Assembly: GCF_006345805.1 (NCBI RefSeq)
Contig: NC_043006.1
Location: 97,030,001 to 97,094,000 of the forward strand
Direction of reading: 5' to 3'
Source: Octopus sinensis
Taxonomy: Eukaryota
DNA: 64,000 nucleotides
The position numbers were made by a program, and so were the translations under genes. The notes under the pieces were generated by a model. The model was given only the letters and a program-made list of their open reading frames with translations, ran no database searches and had not been told where the DNA came from. Below are positions 1-11,740 of the stretch, one piece after another (within the stretch, counting starts at the first letter, position 1; the number at the start of each line of letters is the position of its first letter).

Positions 1-500
1 GTAAATATATTTTTAATTACTTTAAATTCCTGATTTGTCTTCTCTTCTTTTTTTTTTGACCACAATTAATCGTTAAGTTAATTAATTTTTTTTTTATTTC
101 TCTTTACAAGTCTAATAGTAATTAATCAAAGTTTATTGACTCGCAACACTGAATCTGCTTATGTTCAAATTTCATTGGATTTTTTTGTTGTTGTATGCAG
201 TAAGCGTCCCTAGGAGAGCGTGTCAGTATAGTGGAGGGGATTCGTGAATTAGTTGCGTAGGTTGACCTGGGGGTGAATTGGGGGAAGACTACATAAAGAA
301 ACATTACAAGGTGCTAGGTTATAAAGTCACTGGGCCAGAGACGTAACGATGGCATCCTAGCGGAACGTCTGCTAGGAAGTAGTGTGGTGGGAAGTGATCG
401 CATGTCCCTCAGGGGACGGCTGGTATAAACTAAATTAGCTACTCGGATGTATGGCATTTCGTCTGTCTATATTAGGTCTGTAATATATGTTTGTATGTAC

Positions 501-687
<187 letters not shown>

Positions 688-810
688 CACACATATATAT
701 ATTTACACATATATTGTACAGATATAGATGCATATCCATATATAAATGCATATATAGACACATACAAATATCTCTGTACGTACGAATGTAATAATGTGTG
801 CACGTGTGTG

Positions 811-841
<31 letters not shown>

Positions 842-1147
842 AGAGAGAGAGAGAGAGAGAAAGCAGGAGATAGAGAAAGAAAGAAGTAGATACGTATGTG
901 TGTATTATGTATGTATGTATGTACGTATGTATGTATGCATGCGCATGTGTGTGAACATGTGTGCGTGTATAGAAAGAGGTAGGGTAGGAAATATACAGAG
1001 ACAGATAAATATACACACGTAGATATGCAAGAAAATTAGTAAAACGCGCTTTCCATGAATGTATGTGTTTCGTGACTTCATTATAACTTTAATAATAATT
1101 TTATTAATTAAAAATTTATGACGAAAATCGCCAGATATCTTTAAAGA

Positions 1148-1163
1148 GAAAAATACAGAAGTT

Positions 1164-1224
<61 letters not shown>
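1148..1224. repeat. (CT)n microsatellite
   Basis: Pure CT run. Confidence 0.95.
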
Positions 1225-1228
<4 letters not shown>

Positions 1229-1587
1229 CTCACACAGACATACTCTCTCTTTCACTCTCTCTCACTCTGTTTCTCATTCCGTGTCTCATTCTCGGAATCT
1301 CACTCTCTCTTTCCCTACCCACCCCTTCTCTCTCTGTCACATTTGAACACAAGCTCTTTCTCGTAACTATAAGCTTATATACATGTTTGTTTTTGTTTCT
1401 ATTTGCATTCTTTTACTGGTTGCTTACGAGATGGTATCAAGAAGTTCTCGGACTAGTTCTGTAGACCACCAACAGATGGCAGCACACGGTTGCGTGCGCA
1501 GTGACCTTCACGAGACAGTGTGCCGACTGAAATCGCTGTGTTTACTTCGCAGGTTGTGAAATTTGTGTTTTCGTGATCACGTGTATA

Positions 1588-1814
1588 CTCTTTTCTTTTA
1601 CTCTTTTTACTTTCAGTCATTTGACTGTGGCCATGCTAGAGCACCGCCTTTAGGCGAGCAAATCGACCCTGAGACTTATTCTTTGTAAGCCTAGTACTTA
1701 TTCTATCGGTCTCTTTTGCCGAACCGCTATGTTACGGGAACGTAAACACACCAGCATCGGTTGTCAAGCGATATTGGGGGGACAAACACAGACACACAAA
1801 CACACACACATACA

Positions 1815-1871
<57 letters not shown>

Positions 1872-2093
1872 ATATATATATATATATTATATATATATAT
1901 ATATAATATATATATATATACATATATACGACGGGCTTCTTTCAGTTTCCATCTACCAAATCCACTCACAAGACTTTGGTCTGCTCGAGGCTATAGTAGA
2001 AGACACTTGCCCAAAGTGCCACGCAGTGGGACTGAACCCGGAACCATGAGGTTCGTAAGCAAGCTACTTACCACACAGCCACTCCCACGCCTA
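1588..2093 (-). mobile_element. tRNA-derived SINE family A (probably octopus OK), nested in the mariner
   Basis: Head GAGTGGCTGTGTGGTAAG...GGTTCAGTCCC (A/B-box-like), CORE-like CTTTGGGCAAGT, internal (TA)/(TG) tract, AGTAAAAG-type tail; the uninterrupted site GTGTATGCTG is seen in the 52.8-kb mariner copy. Confidence 0.92.
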
Positions 2094-2189
2094 TATGCTG
2101 AAGTCTGTGATTTTTGTCATGGAGAAGAAGATGAGTAAAAATCCAACGGGAAGTTTTGCGTTAAACTTGGGAAGTCTGCTACAAAGACA

Positions 2190-2714
2190 TTGAACAAGCT
2201 TCGGCAAGCTTACGGTGACAAGTCAATGGACCATGCGAAATGTTTCGAGTGGCACGACGCACAACAGAGCCGTAGTTCAATTAAGAGCTTGCTCATCGTG
2301 TTTTTCGACCATACCTCAAGACCAGATTGTCAGCCGAGAGTTCTACTGCGACGGTTTGAAGCATTTGAGGGAGAAACATTCGGTGAAAGGGACAAAATCT
2401 GTGAAGCATGTAGAATTGGATTCTTCAAGATGACAATGCACCCTGTCACCGAGCTCTTCTCGCTCGTTGAGTTCCTCACCATAAACAACATGGTATCGCT
2501 TCCACACTCGCCCTATTCACCAGATTTAGCACCTGCAGACTTCTATCTCTTCCTCAAGATGAAAATACAGCTCAAAGGCCACCGTTTAAACACCGTTATC
2601 GAAATCAAAAGCGAATCGCAGAGGTTCCTCGACTCGCTTACGAAAAATGGTTGCCGGGCAGATTCCAAAAGTGGCAGGAATCCTGTGTTGCTGCACAGGG
2701 TGACTATTTTGTAG
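2190..2714 (+). pseudogene. Degenerate mariner transposase
   Basis: LRQAYGD...CFEWH helix-turn-helix remnant and HSPYSPDLAPADFYLF (YSPDLAP motif); frameshifts and internal deletions. Confidence 0.9.
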
Positions 2715-2989
2715 GAGATGATGTTAAAATTTAGGTATATAAGGTATTTGTCTTTAAACATAATTAGTCCGGGACCTTTCTTGATACCAACTCGCATATA
2801 TAGGCATACATATATTACAAGCACTCACATTTATATACATTTATTGTAGACATAAGCATACATACAGAGTTATTTATATACACATGCTTATACACACATA
2901 CGTGTATAAATACTTATACATACGTATATGCATAACTTTGATAACTTTATATATATATACACATACATACATACATACATACATACACA

Positions 2990-3021
<32 letters not shown>

Positions 3022-3229
3022 AATGCATAAATATTTGAGCGTTTTTAAAGAGAAATTAGGCGGTAGGCTGGCAGAATCTTTAGGTCATCGGATATGAGAT
3101 GGATTGCAGTCTTAGTTCCGGCATGTTATGTCCTGAGTCCCAAATTCTGCAGGTAACAACGACGCATTTCATTACTCCAGGGTCAATAAATTCCGGCACG
3201 AACTAAATGCTTAGAGCTGGATTCAATTT

Positions 3230-4170
3230 AATGTTGGATGATGGTAACTTGAAGACATTAAGCTTCATCTTGTAGTGACGCTCCTGCTAGGATGTTCAGG
3301 TGTTTTAACGAGTTTGACTTTACCCTAAGTCATCACAAATACCAGGATTGCTGTGATCTGGAGTGATAATAATCTGTAAAGGTCCCTTGTTATGGGTAAC
3401 ATATCAGGAGGTTATCCTTAGCTACGATATATATATATATTACCTGGAGGAAAGCTTGTCCCATACCGTCCCAGTTGTAATTAGAGAGATGCCCTGTAGT
3501 TACGTGAACCAGTTCTGCTAAGAGTGAAATTCACTCTGTGCCTCTAGAATAAGCTCGGGGGTTTAGGAAGGAGACAAGCAGAGGAAATTGTCAATAAAAC
3601 GTTATTAGGCAACAGGAAAGCACTGCTGTATCATTCACAAGAAAAATAGTGAAATTGAGGATCATGATCACCAATGCCTGAAGGCATTGCACACGCAGAA
3701 AAAGAAAGAGTGAGGTAGAGAGGGAGAGAGAAATAGAGAAATAGGGAGAGAAAGTTTTGAGTGAATAATTTTACTCAATAGCGTTTGACTGATAGTTAAC
3801 GTTGTCTAAGCAGGAGGTAGGTCCTCTCGCCCCAGGACTTACTAAAATTTTTGAGTGATTCAAAGCTAAATTTTAATCTGGCTACACGCTATGCAGTGCA
3901 CGATCCACTCTGCTATTGCAATGATATCGCTTAACTCTTCATAATCTTATCTACGATTCATGTAGCCTCTGACGTACGAGTTCGTTGCTATCTCTAGCTG
4001 TAGGACGTTCATCACTGACGAGAGTAAGGGAGGTCGAAATCGCGTGATCTGGTGATCTCCGTGCTGGAGGTAGCGGTATAAACATGAGTGCATTTTGCAT
4101 CAAAACCCAATCTCAGAGTTTCTCTCGTGTTAACTACCGCAGAATAGTTTGTTCTAACAGAACATCTACG
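3230..4170 (+). mobile_element. Possible highly degenerate Penelope-like element remnant
   Basis: Ends in a hammerhead motif (4009-4055); weak peptide remnant AEEIVNKTLLGNRKALL; boundaries approximate. Confidence 0.35.
4009..4055 (+). ncRNA. Type I hammerhead ribozyme motif
   Basis: Stem I TCATCA/TGGTGA, core CTGACGA, short stem II GA..TC, GAAA, stem III ATC-GCGT-GAT, cleavage triplet ATC ending at 4049. Confidence 0.65.
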
Positions 4171-4620
4171 CTTAAGTAGGGATAAATATTATCACTGAAA
4201 TTAAAAGCTTAGCGGATTCATAAATAATTTTACGAAAAGAAGACCCTACTATATTGAAATGACGTTGAGAACCTCATTGGTATCAGAAAGGAGTGGGCTA
4301 TCGAGTGTTCTTAAAAATATACATCCATCACTCTCCTTAAAGATTTTTTTCCATGCAATCTTGGATGTGGTAAACTTTATATAAGAACGAGACAGTAAGG
4401 CAATACGAAAATGATTCGAAAAAAATCGGAACGAAGGCAGGATGGCTAATCATTGTTGGCTGCTACCAAGTTTCTAAGAAGAATATCAGATTCAAGACAC
4501 TTAAAACCGTGTATAAGGTTTTAAGCTGTATCCTTCAATTGCATACGTTTCTAATTGGGACAAAGAGATAAATATGAAATTTACAATTTTGTATGAATTA
4601 ATCAAGTGTATGTTATATTT

Positions 4621-4931
4621 GTGGAGGCGCAATGGCCCAGTGGTTAGGGCAGCGGACTCACGGTCGGAGGATCGCGGTTTCGATACCCAGACCGGGCGTT
4701 GTGTGTGTTTAATGAGCGAAAACACCTAAAACTCCACGAGGCTCCAGCAGGGGGGGGCGACCCCTGTTGTACTCTTTCGTCCCAACTTTCTCTCACTCTT
4801 TCTTCCTGTTTCTTGAGTAACGCTGCGATGGATTGGTATCCCGTCCAGCTGGGGAGGGGGGAACACATACGCCACAGAAACCGGGAAACCTGGCCCATGA
4901 GCCTGGCTAGGCTTGAAAAAGGGAAAAAGAG
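4621..4931 (+). mobile_element. tRNA-derived SINE family C (probably octopus OR2)
   Basis: Same ~190-bp 5' part as family B but a different 3' part (GCGATGGATTGGTATCCCGTCCAG...CAGAAACCGGG); TSD ATGTTATATTT at 4610-4620 and 4932-4942. Confidence 0.88.
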
Positions 4932-5464
4932 ATGTTATATTTAGGTTAAAGCAATAAACTAAGTTGTATAGAATATTTAAATAATGATGAAACAGAGAAA
5001 TATAATTATTAAAAGAAATTATTTCAAATTGGGCGGTAAAAAAACTAACGGATTTGGAGTCAGTGCAGAAAATGCATTCGCAGGAGACTAATTTTATCTC
5101 TGATGTAAATTAAAGTTAATTTTGTTGACCAGTGTAATCGCCATAAATTATAAAGTTATTTTTTTTTTGTATGAAAGTATCAAATAAATTAATATAAATT
5201 TAAATAAATAAATATGTAAAATATAAATAATAATAACAAAATATGCCGAACAAACTAAATCATGTGTGTGCCACTGAAATATTCTAATAGGTTTCTAGCA
5301 CATTTGGAACCATTACCGAAAACATTAGTTCTCATGATTTATGTACACATACAGATACACACACACACACACACACACACATAAACACGTACCTTCAGAA
5401 ATGTCTGTGCACACATGTCAACGAACATCACGCACACACACACACACACACACACATACCCATA

Positions 5465-5881
5465 TTCTTTTATTCTTTTATACTTTTACTTGTGTCAGTC
5501 ATTCGACTGGGGCCATGGTGGAGCACCGCTTTTTAATCGAAGAAATCGACCTCTGAACTTATTCTTTGTAAACCTGGTACTTATTCTATCGGTATCTTCT
5601 GCCGAACTGCTAAGTTACGGGGACGTAAACACACCAACATCGGTTGACATGCGATGGTGGTGGTGCGGGACATACACAAGCTCAAAGATATACCCATAAA
5701 AATATACATATATATACGACGGGCTTCTTTCAGTTTCCGTCTAACAAATTCACTCACAAAACTTTGGTCGGCCTGAGGCTATAGTAGACGACACTTACCC
5801 AAGGTGCCACACAGTGGGACTGAACTCAGAACCGTGTCGTTGGTAAGCAAGCTTCATACCACACAGCCACGTCTGCGCCTA
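5465..5881 (-). mobile_element. SINE family A (OK-like)
   Basis: Full-length match to the other copies. Confidence 0.9.
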
Positions 5882-8229
5882 TATGCATAATTATTATACA
5901 TATGTGTGTATATCTATATATATATGCTCATATATGTATATGTATATACAAATATATATATAATACATACACGCGCGCGCTCACACACACACACACCCTT
6001 ACACACATACATGTAGATAGATAAATTGATAGATAGATACATACACACATAGGCATGGATATATAATTAAATATCTGCCCGCATTTATGACTTTGTGTAA
6101 ATATATACATACACACGCACGCACATACACACCACATATATGTATATATACACACACACACATATACACATATGTATATATAATTTTGGTATTTCAAATA
6201 TTTAGTGGTGGACAAGATATTTAGATATAAGAGTATTATTAATAATGTGATATGGTAAGAAAACTGCGAAGGCTTGAGATATACATCGAAAATATGAAGT
6301 CTAAGAAACGAAACTATAAAAAGATATGAGATAAAGATAGATAGATAAAAGAAAGAACGAGAGAAAAAGCGGAGTGTGAAGACGGGGAAAGAGAGAGAAG
6401 TGTAGTAAGAGATAGAATATTCGCTGAACTCTGATAATACTGTATACAATTGGTTACGAGAACATGATTGAGGAAGTCGATATTTCAGAAGGAAGCACTA
6501 GAAAGTGAGGAGCAATCCGTATGCTTTATGTTTTATGTGAGTAGGTGACCGAGTGAAGAGAGACAGACGAGACGATAAAATATTTATGTATTAGAGATTA
6601 TGGGACGAGGAAGGAAGGAAGGAAGAGAAAACAGTCACAATAATATAAAGACACAAAGGAAAGGTAAGGTGGAGAGTGGCATATATAGTGAAAGTACAAG
6701 ATCCAATACATATATTCGAGTTCTTTAACTACGGCGAAAGGGGAGTCATTTTACTACTATACTTCATATTCCACTGGAATATCCTTGAATATCACTTAAC
6801 TAATTAACTTGACCCGACAAAGCTTTCCGTCGAATAAATTTGTTTTGGTGACGACATTTCCAAATAAACTACTTTTAAAAAATCAATAAGTACAGAGATG
6901 TCGATATTCTTTATGATTTTATTGACTTTGACTCAAAGTTTTGCTGAGTGGCTTATTCAGAGAATGGGACACCTATATAAAGACGTTTTTTAAAAGTACA
7001 CAGGCCTTACGCACCAGATCCTTCATGGTATAATTTGCTAATTTCTATCATAGTGGCAAGAGACACCAACCACCTCTCAGTATTCGTCTGGTAGCAGAAA
7101 GATTAACGCCCCACATATTGCAGAATACTGTTGTCAGTGGCAAAATTTACCACACCGTACAATATGTTAACACTAACTTAACTGTTGTTTTCAATAAAGA
7201 TGATGTCACTGATTATTATATTCTCTAAACATATTCAGTGTTTATTAGAGATAACTTTGATAATAACCTACATGTTTAATCAGCAATCGTAGTATTTTTC
7301 TATTAAATCCAGAGCTGGTTGTTTCACTGGAATTACAACCGTGTTTCGTGGTCTCCTTCCGCAACAGCTCCTTTATAGGATCCAGTTAGCTCAAGACATC
7401 ATCAGGAGGAACCACGTCCTGTTTCGGCCCCTACTCCTCTACCGTTTTGACGTGGCGCCCCTCCCCACTTTCGGAGGTGTCTTCAGCTCTGGTGTTGGGT
7501 GCATGACTTCTTTCTTCTGTTCCCTGGCCTCTTCGATGTATCGTCAGCGAGTGTCAGCCGGTGACTGACTGACTTGTTAAATTTTCCCCTTTAAATACCT
7601 ACCGCTGTGTCTCAGGCGTCATCGCATTAAATGCCAATGACTAGCTTCTCGATTTAATATCATAAAGAAAATATTGGCATTAAAGCAATAAAGGGATAAC
7701 AGTGCATCGATCAGCTTCCGGGTTCAATTCTCGCCAGGTTTCACATTATATTTTTGCCCATTCAAGGATCGATAAACTAAATGCCAGCCAATTGATATTT
7801 ATATGGATGTTCCACCTTCGCACGCACGCGCACTAACCTTGTGGTCTTGAACTTAAATCAGAAGGTACTTTCATCATCATTATCAACATCATCGTAATCA
7901 TCCTCTCCTTCGCCACCACTACTACTACTACTGCTGCTGTTACTGTTGCTGCTGTTGCTGCTACTATTACTGCTGCCTCTGTTTTATGTTTGGTATTGTA
8001 ATGGCATATTTTGAATCCATGTGTATGTATTAAATAACGCCAACCTCCCCGTCCTTCCCCACCCATTGCGGCGATTCCATCAGAAATGCATTCCATAATT
8101 AAGCGTAATGCTACAACATACTCCCATCTATAATACTTGGCTTGGCTCTTTTCCCTCGCATTACGAAATTAAGATATTTGATTACCATATTGAATGAACT
8201 ACAAGAAAAGTATGAACATTAACATCATC

Positions 8230-8235
8230 AGTTAC

Positions 8236-8268
<33 letters not shown>

Positions 8269-8670
8269 GGGGAAGGAAGGGAGGGGAGGAGGAGGAGGAA
8301 GAGGAAGGCGAGAAAAGGGAAGAGGGGCAGAGCGGAGGAGAAGGAGCGGAGGATGAGGAGGAGCGAGGAATGAGGGGGAGCGAGGGTTGAGGGGGAGCGG
8401 AGGATGAGGAGGAGCGGAGGTGAAGACGCGGAGGATAAGAGGGAGAGAAGGAAGGGGAGAGGAGAAAGGAGGAGGAGCGGAGAAAGGAAGAGGGGAATGG
8501 AAGATGAGTAGGAGCAATAGGAGGAGAAGTGAGGAAGAAGAGCAGAGAAAGAAAGAGGGGCAGGGGAGGAGAAAGGAGTGAGAGGTGCAGGAAAATGAGA
8601 AGGAGCAGTAAAGAGGAGGGGGCACAAAAAAGAGGAGCAGGAGAAGATGATGATGGTGATGATGATTGCA
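8230..8670. repeat. (TAG)n followed by a GGA/GA purine-rich low-complexity tract
   Basis: Direct inspection. Confidence 0.85.
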
Positions 8671-8942
8671 ACGAAACTGATGGGATAAGTTATCTAACAT
8701 CATCGCAACAACACCTGCAACACAGATCTTACATCATCTTTATCTTATTAGATAACGCTAACGGTAAGTTTCGGTAACTGGATCTCTTGGGAAAACCCCA
8801 AAACACCGTTAGTTGGCACCGTTCTTTAAGCTCACTTACGTACACACACACAATGCACACATATAGCGCATGCACATACAAGCACACACACAACACATGC
8901 ACACACAAGCTCACACACAAACACACACGTACACAATCATAT

Positions 8943-9331
8943 GGAATGGAAGCACTCCGTCGGTTACGACGATGAGGGTTCCGGTTGATCCGAATCAACG
9001 GAACAGCCTGCTCGTGAAATTAACGTGCAAGTGGCTGAGCACTCCACAGACACGTGCACCCTTAACGTAGTTCTCTGGGATATTCAGCGTGACACAGAGA
9101 GTGACAAGGCCGGCCCCTTGAAATACAGGTACAACAGAAACAGGAAGTAAGAGTGAGAGAAAGTTGTGGTGAAAGAGTACAGCAGGGATCACCACCATCC
9201 CCTGCCGGAGCCTCGTGGAGCTTTAGGTGTTTTCGCTCAATAAACACTCACAACGCCCGGTCTGGGAATCGAAACCGCGATCTTATGACCGCGAGTCCGC
9301 TGCCCTAACCACTGGGCCATTGCGCCTCCAC
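8943..9331 (-). mobile_element. tRNA-derived SINE family B (probably octopus OR1), full length
   Basis: Head GTGGAGGCGCAATGGCCCAGTGGTTAGGGCAGCGGACTCGCGGTC...GGTTTCGATTCCC; TSD ACACAATCATAT at 8931-8942 and 9332-9343. Confidence 0.92.
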
Positions 9332-9829
9332 ACACAATCATATAAGCACGCTAATATTAAACTTAAACATGCTTCAGGCTGAATATACGTTAACACAAAG
9401 AACCATACAAAAAGAGGGAAAAATTGACAACAAAAAACTGGAAAATTGAAAAATTGACGAGATTCATAAAAAAATACAACTATATGTGATATCCAACAGA
9501 AACAGCGAAAATATATTTAACGAGGACGCAGAGGCGCGACGAAAATCTAGTGAGACTTCGTTATAGACTGCTCAGACTATTGGGGAAATAAATGAAAAGG
9601 GAATTGAACTGTTTATGTGTTTGAGTTAATGAGAAAAGTGGCTTTTTCTATTATGTCAGTGTTTAAGATTAAGTGTAGAAGATTAAGTCTTTTACTAAAC
9701 ATGGACAAAGGAAAAGTTGAGAGATTCTTTGAGGATTCGCATGCGACGGGCTTAATTAAACTGTGAGTTCTATATTTTTAGAAGTAGTGTGTGTGTGAGA
9801 GAGAGAGGGGGAGATACTTATAGACTCAC

Positions 9830-9912
9830 AGATAGATAGACAGACAGAGCGATGGATGGATGGATGGACGGACGGACGGATAGATAGTCAGATAGATAAA
9901 TAGTTAGGTATG

Positions 9913-9967
<55 letters not shown>

Positions 9968-9994
9968 GTAGGTAGATAGATAGATAGATAGATA

Positions 9995-10038
<44 letters not shown>
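9830..10038. repeat. Compound GATG/GACG/GATA/GATT tetranucleotide array
   Basis: Direct inspection. Confidence 0.9.
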
Positions 10039-10551
10039 CAGTTTCATAACCTAATTCGATTATGCTTGCAAATTTTCACAATATAGAACCATTTTGCAAT
10101 AAACTTTTGTAAAATTGATCAATTAATTAATTGCATGTTTTGATAAATGGTTTTGGAATAAAATGCTGGCTAAAATAACACAAAATTCAATATCTGTTAA
10201 ATTTTATGAATAAAGTGATTTATAGAAGCCTCTATTTTCTTGTTGAGCATTAGTCAAACAACCCGATGCAAACGGGTCAAATATAGTTAAGTTGTTCGTA
10301 CAACTTAATGGCTATAGAAGTTCAAACTCTTCTGTGTTCTTATCCCAATGTTAACTACAACAAATCTCTTCAGCAAATGAATCTTTAGAGTAGTTGTATA
10401 CTGTCAACATAATGTGACAGTTCCATGAATGGAATCACACCACTGCCATTTAGCCCTAGGAAGCATCACCACTTCCTGTCGGCCTTGACACATTTCCTGT
10501 GTCCTTATGTTTACAATGGGAGACATGCACTCCCACCCAGCTAAGCCTGCA

Positions 10552-10593
10552 TCCAGAGATTATTTTCTGAGTCTTGCTCGTCATCAGTCTTGA
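10552..10593 (-). ncRNA. Hammerhead ribozyme motif (degenerate copy)
   Basis: Minus strand TCAAGA CTGATGA CGAG-CAAGA-CTCA GAAA ATAA TC TCTGGA. Confidence 0.55.
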
Positions 10594-10883
10594 GTAGCAT
10601 GGCCTGCTAGTTGGAGATGCTTCTCTAGGCTTTGTAAACATAAGAATTCTAGTGAAATAAATCCACTGATTACAAAAATAGAAATATTACATTTCTAAAT
10701 ATCTCAGAGAGATATAAGCAGTTGTTGTACGATAGAGTAGTTGTATACTGTCAACTTAATGTGACAGTCCCATGAAGGAAATCACACCACTGCCATTTAG
10801 CCCTAGGAAGCATCAACGCTTCATGTCGGCCTTGACACATTACAAGGCCTAGGCAAGCAACTCCATCTAGCAGACTAAGCTAC

Positions 10884-10925
10884 TCCAGACTGATGACGAG
10901 CAAGACTCAGAAACTAGTCACTGGA
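10884..10925 (+). ncRNA. Minimal type I hammerhead ribozyme motif
   Basis: TCCAGA CTGATGA CGAG-CAAGA-CTCA GAAA CTAG TC ACTGGA: stem I TCCAG/CTGGA, stem II GAG/CTC, palindromic stem III ACTAGT, GTC triplet. Confidence 0.72.
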
Positions 10926-11716
10926 TACAGGCTTAGCTGGATGGGGGCTCTTGCCCCCCCCCCTTGTAAACACAAGGACACAGGAAATGTGTCAAGGCCG
11001 ACAGGAAGCGTTGATGCTTCCTAGGGCTAAATGGCAGTAGTGTGATTCCCCTCATGGGACTGTCAGATTAAGTTGACAGTATACAACTACTCTATCACAC
11101 CACTACTGCTTATATCTCTCTGAGATATTTAGAAATGAAATGAATCTTTATTGAAGATAAAATTCGTAACGAGTTAGTTTTAACACCAACGGTAAATAGA
11201 CGCCATTTTGTCATTTTTATCATCGACTCTATTAGACTGTGATTAGCCCAATTCATTTATGATCCGGATGATCCTAAGTTTTTCATTGAATATGCCAGTG
11301 GCAGACTTGTTAAATCGTTAGAATGCTTTGCGGTGTTTATACCGAATCTCTGCACTCTGAGTTCAAACCTCACTGAGGTGAACCTTGCCTTTCTTACTTC
11401 CGGAATTGATGAAAGCGTACCAATCCAGGTTGGTGGCTTGTCCGAAAGGTCAGAGAATCAAGCAAGAAACCATGAATTATCTGTTCAGGCTGGTCCTTTG
11501 CATTCCAGCAGCAACGTTTGCTCTCAAACTCGTGCTCAGTTGCATAAGCTCATGTCTGCCGCCTTTCGCTTGCATAAACAACGGACACGTGGTGAGAAGA
11601 GGCTTACGTGTTAACCTAAAAAAAAAAGAAATCTATACCTGTCCTACAGATACATTAGCACGTCGATGGCCAACAAAAACTCAGGTAGGAGTGGCTGTGT
11701 GGTAAGTAACTTGCTT

Positions 11717-11740
11717 ACTTCCGGTTACCCAGAATGCAAC
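11717..11740 (+). promoter_or_regulatory. Putative internal promoter motifs: ETS/GABP-like ACTTCCGGT and Staf/ZNF143-like TACCCAGAATGCA
   Basis: Two adjacent motif matches at the 5' end of the insertion (the first two bases of the ETS-like motif come from the TSD); function inferred. Confidence 0.4.

Larger units (their letters stand above)
1427..2794 (+). mobile_element. Internally deleted Tc1/mariner element with both TIRs, interrupted by a SINE
   Basis: Left TIR TA|CGAGATGGTATCAAGAAGTTCTCGGACTA; right end reads CGAGTTGGTATCAAGAAAGGTCCCGGACTA on the minus strand; transposase remnants inside; paralogous copy at 52646. Confidence 0.9.
10386..11137. mobile_element. Three copies (two minus, one plus) of a ~300-bp hammerhead-bearing unit in a Penelope-like pseudo-LTR arrangement
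   Basis: 10386-10636 (-), 10690-10841 (-, partial) and 10840-11137 (+) are mutually homologous; inverted or partial-tandem terminal repeats with hammerheads are typical of Penelope-like elements. Confidence 0.75.

Noticed and set aside
4621-4700. tRNA gene-like sequences at SINE heads
   Set aside because: A/B-box-like motifs are present, but I see no complete cloverleaf and they run into SINE bodies with TSDs
7330-7415. Minus-strand CTGATGA...CGAAACACGG hammerhead-like pattern
   Set aside because: No stem I complement and no convincing stem II; at best a badly decayed relic
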